Source: Nanopusillaceae archaeon
Lineage (GTDB): Archaea; Nanobdellota; Nanobdellia; Nanobdellales; Nanobdellaceae
Assembly: GCA_049973735.1 (NCBI GenBank)
Contig: JBMFJL010000019.1
Span: 1 to 9,364, forward strand
DNA length: 9,364 nt
Reading direction: 5' to 3'
This document shows, piece by piece, positions 1 to 5,759 of the stretch. Numbering within the stretch: the stretch's first letter is position 1; each line of letters starts with the position of its first letter. The position numbers and the translations under genes are program-made. A model generated the notes under the pieces. It made no database searches and had not been told where the DNA came from. It was given only the letters and a program-made list of their open reading frames with translations.

Positions 1-909
1 GTCAATATATGCTAATGCACCAGTTTTGCTATTCACTATGTCTCTTATTGTTGGATATGCCGATACTAGTGAATTTGTATCTATCTGACAATTTAATGTA
101 GCATTTTGTATTTTTACATTACCTATTGGACTGCAAGAAAATCCATTTTGACCATTTCTAACGGTAATTATGTTTTTACCAGCAACTATTTTTAATGTTG
201 GTTCTTCTATTTTAATGATCTTCTTATCAGGATCATCTACTCCACTAAAACATCCAGCTGCATCTTTAATTTGTAAAGCAAATGATAACAATCCATTATC
301 TCCTTTTATTTGCACATAGCTAGAGGAAGGTATAACTGGAGATGATGTAAAGTATACTGGTTGATTTTGACTTTGAGAATTTGTCAGTATAAAAGGTATC
401 TCTATTTTTGTGTATACATCTGTAATGTTATAATCTATTGTTAAAGTAATGGAAGCAGGTACTGTAGATAAACCGGCAGGTAAAGAAATTTTAATATTTC
501 CTAAAATATTCTGAACTGATTGTAGACTTCCATTAATGTATAGAGGAGGATTGGCTTCAAAAGTTCCAGAATCTGGCTCTACCGAGGCAATCGAATATAT
601 TTTATAACAAACCTTTGGATTATGTTCACCATCATACATACTATTATAATAATATAATTGTAGATTCGCATCTAGACCTGTAGATCGATTATATATCAAT
701 GGCGATGTGCTATTTATGCCAAATTGAATATTTCCTGCTTTATTTATAGCCCAAGATGGTTTTATAAAATTAGAATTGCCACCTAAATTTGGAATGGAGA
801 TAATTTCATTTGATCCACCTGAAGACCCTGTTGGACATGTTTCGAAATTAAACAATATTAATGTAAAAAGGGCAAACGACAATATCGATAATATTTTATT
901 TGCTTTCAT
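1..909 (-). CDS. Secreted/surface protein with hydrophobic N-terminal signal or anchor, Asn/Ser/Gly/Tyr-rich; 3'-partial (runs off left window edge); absent from supplied ORF track
   Basis: ATG = cat at 907..909. I hand-translated all 303 codons down to nt 1 and found no in-frame stop (no tta/cta/tca among the + strand triplets starting at nt 1). Product: MKANKILSILSFALFTLILFNFETCPTGSSGGSNEIISIPNLGGNSNFIKPSWAINKAGNIQFG...YINGSLQSVQNILGNIKISLPAGL...KIVAGKNIITVRNGQNGFSCSPIGNVKIQNATLNCQID.... The N-terminus is hydrophobic and K/E content is low compared with the cytoplasmic genes here. Five Cys and N-X-S/T sequons are present. A canonical TTTATATA box lies 23 nt upstream of the ATG. Confidence 0.8.
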   Translation of the reverse strand, partial: MKANKILSILSFALFTLILFNFETCPTGSSGGSNEIISIPNLGGNSNFIKPSWAINKAGNIQFGINSTSPLIYNRSTGLDANLQLYYYNSMYDGEHNPKVCYKIYSIASVEPDSGTFEANPPLYINGSLQSVQNILGNIKISLPAGLSTVPASITLTIDYNITDVYTKIEIPFILTNSQSQNQPVYFTSSPVIPSSSYVQIKGDNGLLSFALQIKDAAGCFSGVDDPDKKIIKIEEPTLKIVAGKNIITVRNGQNGFSCSPIGNVKIQNATLNCQIDTNSLVSAYPTIRDIVNSKTGALAYID

Positions 910-932
910 ATTCTTTAAAATGTTAGTTAAAT

Positions 933-940
933 TATATAAA
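933..940 (-). promoter_or_regulatory. Archaeal TATA box (TTTATATA) for the 1..909 gene; implies a leaderless mRNA
   Basis: The + strand tatataaa at 933..940 reads TTTATATA on the minus strand, matching the archaeal TATA consensus exactly. It sits directly after the TAG stop (942..944) of the upstream gene, with 23 nt between the box and the ATG at 909. That places the expected start site (about 26-27 nt from the box centre) at the ATG. Confidence 0.6.
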
Positions 941-941
941 T

Positions 942-2192
942 CTAACTTGCTTTGCTTGGATAGTATACTATGTTAGAAGAACCATAGAGCTTATAATCAT
1001 AATTAATACTTGAAACTACAGTTACAGTAGAATATTTTTGGAAATTATTCTCTGGAGTAATACATATTGGTATTGATACGACAAAATTTTGATTATTGTA
1101 TTTTAAATTATACAGATAATTATCATTTACACTTATATAGCAAGTATCTCCATTACAATTTAACTGATAAGAGTATTGATCACCACTAGAATATGTATTA
1201 ACACAATTCTGGCCATTTACATATGTAAGAGATATGTCATTGCCATGTTGGAATGTCAAAACTATTTTATTTATTTTTTCTACATTATTTAAAGGTCCAA
1301 ATTCTAATAAAAGTACGTCATAAGAATTCGAAGATCTTTGTAATAATATAGGATAACCACTTTGTGATCCTACTCTAGCCATTTTTATATAAGGTAAGCC
1401 TCCCACAGTATTATAATAATTAACATCGTATGCTCCCCTACTTAAATTTAAATATGAATATATATCTAAACCTTTTTCATTTGCCGATGATACAGTTTGA
1501 AGATCTACAACTAGAAAACTAAATCTGGTATTGCTTTGGAAGTTACTTAAAGTAGCTTCTAATTTATTTTCTATACTAAAACCATTGGCGAGATTACTAC
1601 ATTTTGATGTATCTATTTTCAATGATGGAATTTTACAAACAATTGTTATAACCTGTGAAGGGGATGAAATTGTATATTTATTGGGATTTGGTATATACAT
1701 GTCAGGAAGACCCTCAAAACAATCTTTTGACGAAGTTATATAATGACATATGAAACTTACAGATGGAGAATTTGCTATTACTGCAGAAGATAGGTTATAT
1801 GAAAATGTAAAGGTACTGGTAACTTCTGAAGCCCAATTATTCTGTATAATACCTGTTGTTTGTGATGATGGAGATATCTTGATATAATAAGTGCTATCGC
1901 TACTACTACCGCTGCTACCTGGCGTCTGGAAAATATCTGGTTGACTTACAAACATAGTTTCTTGTGCATATCCTGCAGGATCTGATATAACTTTATGAAC
2001 TAGCTGCAAAGAATTGTAGAATGATTTAAATGCATTGGAGATAGAACCTTTCAAATCAGTAGCATTAACGCCAAAAGTAGATGAAATATATCCCAATATT
2101 TGTTCTTTATAATTTAGCCAAATTATAATACCTATGGCTATTAAAATCAATAAGACAACTAGTGAAGAAGAGCCATCAGATTTTATTTTCAT
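942..2192 (-). CDS. Surface/secreted protein, 416 aa: short polar N-terminus, one hydrophobic helix (possible class III/prepilin-like signal or N-terminal anchor), Ser-rich linker, Cys-containing beta-rich ectodomain
   Basis: ATG start and TAG stop, beginning 1 nt after the upstream gene's stop. N-terminus MKIKSDGSSSLVVLLILIAIGIIIWLNY, where D-G followed by about 20 hydrophobic residues resembles a [KRDE][GA] prepilin cleavage context. Linker PGSSGSSSDS. The protein is rich in N/S/Y/T and poor in K/E. It has 10 Cys, clustered as in NGQNCVNTYSSGDQYSYQLNCNGDTCYISV, and sequons NAT and NLS. I recognise no known family. Confidence 0.8.
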   Translation of the reverse strand: MKIKSDGSSSLVVLLILIAIGIIIWLNYKEQILGYISSTFGVNATDLKGSISNAFKSFYNSLQLVHKVISDPAGYAQETMFVSQPDIFQTPGSSGSSSDSTYYIKISPSSQTTGIIQNNWASEVTSTFTFSYNLSSAVIANSPSVSFICHYITSSKDCFEGLPDMYIPNPNKYTISSPSQVITIVCKIPSLKIDTSKCSNLANGFSIENKLEATLSNFQSNTRFSFLVVDLQTVSSANEKGLDIYSYLNLSRGAYDVNYYNTVGGLPYIKMARVGSQSGYPILLQRSSNSYDVLLLEFGPLNNVEKINKIVLTFQHGNDISLTYVNGQNCVNTYSSGDQYSYQLNCNGDTCYISVNDNYLYNLKYNNQNFVVSIPICITPENNFQKYSTVTVVSSINYDYKLYGSSNIVYYPSKAS

Positions 2193-2193
2193 A

Positions 2194-3243
2194 TTAAGAT
2201 ATATATAAAGTGTATATGTTTAAATAATTATTTGGCCTTATCACTAGTAAATTTTGTGGTTCTAAACAATTTGATATGTTTATTGGAGATGGAGTGCTTG
2301 GAGATAGATAATATTGGCATTTTCCATTCAACGACATAAATCCATTTCCATCTACAACTATTGTTAATAGCTTATTCTTTAGATTGTTAGGAAATAGAAG
2401 ATAAAATATATTTTGATTAGATTCTATATACAAATCCTTTATAGTTATTGGATAATTGGATTTAAATGATATGAGATTATTTCCAGGTATTAAATAAGGG
2501 GAAATAAATAATTTATATGAACAACTGGTTAAAGGAATTGATATATTATTTATCAATAAACTAACTCCTTGTGGATTTCCTTCACAAAAATCATAGAATA
2601 AATATACATTACCAGAGGCATGATAATAATAAAAGCTTAGAGAAGAAGATTGCATATATTCTATTTCTATATTTTTTAATTCTCCATAAGAATTAGTAAA
2701 TATGCTGTTAGGTACAAATTCTATTTCTAATAAATTTTCTCCATTATTTAAGAAAATATGCGGAATAAATATATTAATTATACCATTTTCACATGTCGAA
2801 GATAGCTTTTTTCCATTTATATAAAAATTAAAGTATCCTCCTGAGCATGTTGATAATGCAGTTACATTTATACCTGTATATGGTTCATTAAATACAAAAT
2901 ATATGTTTATATTTTTTGATCCGTAGAAAACATTTGTAGAAAAACTATAACTTCCCATTGGTACTTTATAAACAGGTACAAAGGTTCCAATTTGATAATT
3001 TTTAGTAATATAGTAATATAATGAGCTATTTGACAAGATTATATTATTTAATGTTATGCTATAATATCCAGAATCTTCACCAATTAATCCATATTCGTAA
3101 TATGTCAGATTAGTACCATTCAATATTTCATGTAAAATTATCTTTTTTTGATGAGCTGGCAACAATATCCAATATACAAATATAGCTATACCGACTAGTA
3201 TAAAGAACAATCCTACAGCTCTTGTTTGAGATTTAATATTCAT
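2194..3243 (-). CDS. Surface/secreted protein, 349 aa, with prepilin-like (class III-like) N-terminus and three internal repeats of a xNG...C...L-x-x-G-x-N-L beta-sandwich-like module
   Basis: ATG start and TAA stop. N-terminus MNIKSQTRAVGLFFILVGIAIFVYWILL, where R-A then VGLFFILVGIAIF resembles archaellin/pilin KG/RA-xGIGTLIVFIA signals. The protein is N/S/Y-rich and carries sequons NGT, NLT, NSS, NVT and NIS. Eight Cys are spread through the ectodomain. Repeated modules: FYINGKKLSSTCENGIINIFIPHIFLNNGENLLEIEF, LLINNISIPLTSCSYKLFISPYLIPGNNLISF, SLNGKCQYYLSPSTPSPINISNCLEPQNLLVIR. Confidence 0.8.
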   Translation of the reverse strand: MNIKSQTRAVGLFFILVGIAIFVYWILLPAHQKKIILHEILNGTNLTYYEYGLIGEDSGYYSITLNNIILSNSSLYYYITKNYQIGTFVPVYKVPMGSYSFSTNVFYGSKNINIYFVFNEPYTGINVTALSTCSGGYFNFYINGKKLSSTCENGIINIFIPHIFLNNGENLLEIEFVPNSIFTNSYGELKNIEIEYMQSSSLSFYYYHASGNVYLFYDFCEGNPQGVSLLINNISIPLTSCSYKLFISPYLIPGNNLISFKSNYPITIKDLYIESNQNIFYLLFPNNLKNKLLTIVVDGNGFMSLNGKCQYYLSPSTPSPINISNCLEPQNLLVIRPNNYLNIYTLYIS

Positions 3244-3266
3244 AATCTATAATCATATTTTGATAT

Positions 3267-4280
3267 TTATATTTTATACCTGGCTTTTCCCACAATTCCA
3301 AACTTGTCAATCAATTCATAATTTTGTACATCTCTATATACAAAATATATTTTTGCATCAATATCATCCAAAACATTTAATAATTCTATAATCTTATTGA
3401 ATTCTTCAGATTCTTTTATTTTTCTAAAATAATCTTCTGAAATTAATACATATTCTACATTTCCATTCAATGCATTTTTATAAACTTCATCGAATCCGAA
3501 TAATATATAACCTTTATCCATTAAATATAAAATTTCATTAATTTTTTTGTTTAATTCTAATATTTCTAAGTCTTTTAATACATCCAAATATTCTGTTCTC
3601 CTGCTAAATTCATATATACCATTCTCCCCTCCCAATGAAACTTTAAATGTTAAAATTTTATCTACATCTACTTTATTTTCACAATACTCTTTAAATTTGT
3701 CTGGGTAGAATGCTGGTCCAACAATGCATAAGATTTTTGGCTTATATTCTTTAATTAGATTAACAAAATCCGAATATATATTATATAATTTAGATTCATA
3801 ATTTATATCGTCTTTTTTTATATTGATTTCTTCTGTTTTTAATATCTTTATCTCATTACTAATTATTCCAGCAGATATTTCATTACTATCTACTGAGATC
3901 ACCATTATATTTTTATCTTCTCTTTCAGACTCTTCTAAAATTTTTATTTCATATTTTTTAAAACCATTTTTTTTAGTTAAAATAAATTCAGATCCTTTTT
4001 TTATATCAAATGTATGATAATGTCCTACAACTTCATCGCTTGCCTCCAATATTCTTCCATTAACTCTTAAGGAATCTTTATATTCTGAAAATTTTATTTC
4101 TTCAACTTCTATCTTTATTCTTACTTTTATTTTTTCTTTTTCTTTTTCAAATTTTATTACTCTATAGTCTTCGCCCTCCAAAATATCGCCTTTATTTATT
4201 AATTTAAACAAATATATAAGATCTCTATCTCTTTCTACTTTTATTTTGATAGTTTTTTTATCTATTATACTATATTTCAT
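3267..4280 (-). CDS. pelA: Pelota (Dom34 homologue), mRNA surveillance / ribosome rescue factor
   Basis: 337 aa, a typical Pelota length. The N-terminal domain has the characteristic layout KIKVERDRDLIYLFKLINKGDILEG...RVNGRILEASDEVVGHYHTFDIKKGSEFILTKK, including the G-x-YHT-x-[DN]-I motif. It is followed by eRF1-like central and C-terminal domains. There is no GGQ motif, which argues against aRF1. ATG at 4278..4280 and TAA stop. Confidence 0.85.
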   Translation of the reverse strand: MKYSIIDKKTIKIKVERDRDLIYLFKLINKGDILEGEDYRVIKFEKEKEKIKVRIKIEVEEIKFSEYKDSLRVNGRILEASDEVVGHYHTFDIKKGSEFILTKKNGFKKYEIKILEESEREDKNIMVISVDSNEISAGIISNEIKILKTEEINIKKDDINYESKLYNIYSDFVNLIKEYKPKILCIVGPAFYPDKFKEYCENKVDVDKILTFKVSLGGENGIYEFSRRTEYLDVLKDLEILELNKKINEILYLMDKGYILFGFDEVYKNALNGNVEYVLISEDYFRKIKESEEFNKIIELLNVLDDIDAKIYFVYRDVQNYELIDKFGIVGKARYKI

Positions 4281-5278
4281 ATTATGTATGCTAATAATAA
4301 ACTGAGGAATATTGGCGGTACAAATGGAGCACCTTCAATAACTTTTACTTTAATATCATTGTTGCTTTCTTCTAATTTTTCCAATAATCTTATTTCTTCT
4401 ACAGATAATCCCGTTTCTCCAAAGAATAATCTATTTTGTAAAATAAATGCTAAAATTATATTGAAAATATAGGAAAGAAAAGAGATTAAAGAATAACCAA
4501 ATATAAAAAGTATTAGAGAAATTATATATAATAAAAAAAGCATTATTTTATACATTTTCTTATCTTTTCTCCTAAATTTTATAAAATATTTATCGTCAAT
4601 TTTAATTATATCAAAATATTTATTTAGTTCATCAAATATATCTTCCGATATATTAGTTACTATGATATCATCTTCTATCCAGTCTCCTTCAACCAATTCT
4701 TTTGGTCTTCTTTCAAATACCAATCTTTCTCTAAAATCTTTTTCAAATAATTTGAATACAAATAATGGTATATATACAAAAGCCAAGGAATATATAAGAT
4801 AATCTATTCTTAAAGTGTAGAAAAACAGGTAGAAGGTATAAATAGATATTATTAGTAAAAATATATTGAATAATGAAAGAGATAGAAACTTTTTATTTAT
4901 GTTCTTATAAACTTTTATAGCTTCTATGTTATGGAAGATAAATCCTATAATCATTAAAAATATAAAAAATAATAAGATTTTTGTTAAAGAAAGGTAGCCC
5001 AAAATAATAGAAATTATAAAGAAAAAATATAAATCACCTATAGCTAGTAATCTAAGTAGATATAGAGAATAGAAGAACAAAATTATTAAAATAGAAAGGA
5101 AAATGTTAGTTGGAAAAACATTTAATATCAAAACTAAGTATAGTGTATATGAAATATTGAATATAAAAAATAGATATATTATGAAATCGTCTATGGACTT
5201 GTATTTTATATCTTGATAAGAAGAGTAGAATAATATTGCAAAATCTACTAGCATAAGTGTCAACAAAGGATCAGACAT
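4277..5278 (-). CDS. Peptidase A24 family prepilin/prearchaellin signal peptidase (FlaK/PibD/EppA-type aspartyl protease), polytopic membrane protein with charged cytoplasmic insert
   Basis: 333 aa and very hydrophobic. First catalytic Asp context is YQDIKYKSIDDF (D23, nt 5210..5212); second is LLAIGDLYFF (D82, nt 5033..5035), a GxGD-like motif. The 59-residue spacing is close to the FlaK D18/D79 pair. A charged soluble insert (FEKDFRERLVFERRPKELVEGDWIEDD...KIDDKYFIKFRRKDKK) separates the membrane blocks, as in FlaK-type enzymes. The C-terminus has GAPFVPPIFLSLLLAY, the PF-x-P motif typical of A24 peptidases. The TGA stop overlaps the pelota ATG (ATGA at 4277..4280). Confidence 0.8.
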   Translation of the reverse strand: MSDPLLTLMLVDFAILFYSSYQDIKYKSIDDFIIYLFFIFNISYTLYLVLILNVFPTNIFLSILIILFFYSLYLLRLLAIGDLYFFFIISIILGYLSLTKILLFFIFLMIIGFIFHNIEAIKVYKNINKKFLSLSLFNIFLLIISIYTFYLFFYTLRIDYLIYSLAFVYIPLFVFKLFEKDFRERLVFERRPKELVEGDWIEDDIIVTNISEDIFDELNKYFDIIKIDDKYFIKFRRKDKKMYKIMLFLLYIISLILFIFGYSLISFLSYIFNIILAFILQNRLFFGETGLSVEEIRLLEKLEESNNDIKVKVIEGAPFVPPIFLSLLLAYII

Positions 5279-5283
5279 ATAAG

Positions 5284-5291
5284 TTTATTAA
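5284..5291 (+). promoter_or_regulatory. TATA-like box (TTTATTAA) positioned to drive the C/D box sRNA
   Basis: tttattaa at 5284..5291, with 22 nt between the box and the first base of the C box (G5314). AT-rich background makes chance matches likely, so confidence is moderate to low. Confidence 0.4.
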
Positions 5292-5302
5292 GTAATAAAT
5301 AA

Positions 5303-5310
5303 CTTATAAA
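5303..5310 (-). promoter_or_regulatory. TATA-like box (TTTATAAG) for the A24 peptidase / pelota transcription unit; leaderless start
   Basis: The + strand cttataaa at 5303..5310 reads TTTATAAG on the minus strand. 24 nt separate the box from the ATG at 5278, the same geometry as the other promoters in this window. Confidence 0.5.
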
Positions 5311-5313
5311 TTT

Positions 5314-5362
5314 GTGATGAGGTGAGCACCCCCTGATAAATGATGAAAGGAGTAGCTACTGA
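5314..5362 (+). ncRNA. Archaeal C/D box sRNA (2'-O-methylation guide), complete C-D'-C'-D architecture
   Basis: Read directly from the sequence: C box GUGAUGA 5314..5320; 12-nt guide GGUGAGCACCCC 5321..5332; D' box CUGA 5333..5336; 3-nt loop UAA; C' box AUGAUGA 5340..5346; 12-nt guide AAGGAGUAGCUA 5347..5358; D box CUGA 5359..5362. All four boxes match consensus and both spacers have the canonical 12-nt length. The total of about 49 nt is typical of archaeal sRNAs. It is intergenic and is the only GC-rich patch in the window. Confidence 0.9.
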
Positions 5363-5370
5363 TTTAAAAA
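5363..5370 (+). promoter_or_regulatory. TATA box (TTTAAAAA) for the 117-aa plus-strand gene, directly abutting the sRNA D box
   Basis: tttaaaaa at 5363..5370, with 22 nt between the box and the ATG at 5393, which predicts a leaderless mRNA. Confidence 0.5.
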
Positions 5371-5392
5371 TTACAAAGTTTCTTTTCTAATT

Positions 5393-5746
5393 ATGCCACT
5401 GATAATACCATCACCAGAATATATAAAATGGAGAAAGTTGATGAAAAGTAAAAAGAATGTTGAGGAGATGAAAAAGAAATTAAACAGTAGAATAGAGATA
5501 ATATTTAAGAAAGAAATAGATTTGAATGATTCCAATGAATTATATCAATTGGTAGATATAATAAAAGAATTAGAATTAAAAAACCTGTTAGATCATGTAT
5601 ATATAGTAAGGGAGGGAAAAGTGTTGGACAAGGGAGATTTATACTCTCTTGTAGGTATGAGAATTGATAAGGAAAAAATTAAAAAACTATATGATGTTGT
5701 ATCAAAGTTAGTAGATGTTGTAAATAAAATGAAAAAAATCTATTAG
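5393..5746 (+). CDS. Hypothetical small cytoplasmic protein, 117 aa, K/E-rich, no family recognised
   Basis: ATG start and TAG stop. A 117-codon open frame is unlikely by chance in DNA this AT-rich, where stop codons are frequent. Its composition (K, E, I, L, D, V) matches the genuine cytoplasmic proteins here, unlike the S/F/L-rich antisense shadow ORFs. It has a correctly spaced TATA box. Sequence: MPLIIPSPEYIKWRKLMKSKKNVEEMKKKL...HVYIVREGKVLDKGDLYSLVGMRIDKEKIKKLYDVVSKLVDVVNKMKKIY. Confidence 0.65.
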   Translation: MPLIIPSPEYIKWRKLMKSKKNVEEMKKKLNSRIEIIFKKEIDLNDSNELYQLVDIIKELELKNLLDHVYIVREGKVLDKGDLYSLVGMRIDKEKIKKLYDVVSKLVDVVNKMKKIY

Positions 5747-5759
5747 ATTATATTTTTTT
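5732..5759. terminator. Putative bidirectional terminator: A7 / T7 tracts flanking the overlapping convergent stop codons
   Basis: Sequence gAAAAAAAtctatTAGattataTTTTTTTc. The T7 tract at 5753..5759 lies 6 nt past the plus-strand TAG (5744..5746). The A7 tract at 5732..5738, which is T7 on the minus strand, lies 4 nt past the minus-strand TAA (5743..5745). Oligo-T tracts are the known archaeal termination signal. The two tracts could also pair as a 7-bp A:U stem around a 14-nt loop. Confidence 0.45.

Noticed and set aside
841-909. Lipoprotein (lipobox) interpretation of the N-terminus MKANKILSILSFALFTLILFNFETC
   Set aside because: The residues before the Cys (F-E-T-C) do not fit an L-[AS]-[GA]-C-type lipobox. 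It is equally compatible with a Sec signal peptide or an uncleaved anchor, so I left it generic.
776-976. Plus-strand 66-aa ORF from the supplied track
   Set aside because: It lies antisense to the much longer open minus-strand frame (1..909) and spans that gene's promoter and start. It has no promoter geometry of its own. It is a shadow ORF.
1862-1868. Additional C-box-like GTGATGA. Other TGATGA/TCATCA occurrences sit near 347, 3150, 6708 and 8293.
   Set aside because: None has a CUGA D' or D box at the required 12-nt spacing or a second C'/D pair. All lie inside coding sequence, so they are chance matches.
3267-4280. Alternative call of this gene as peptide chain release factor aRF1
   Set aside because: There is no GGQ motif (the nearest string is LGGENG) and no NIKS-like motif. 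The N-terminal domain shows the Pelota-type G-x-YHT-x-DI pattern instead.
5393-5746. Roadblock/LC7-like assignment for the 117-aa protein, based on IVREGKVLDKGDL resembling the v-x-dG-x-vl strand
   Set aside because: The resemblance covers only a few residues and I cannot verify any domain-wide pattern by eye. The protein is kept as hypothetical.
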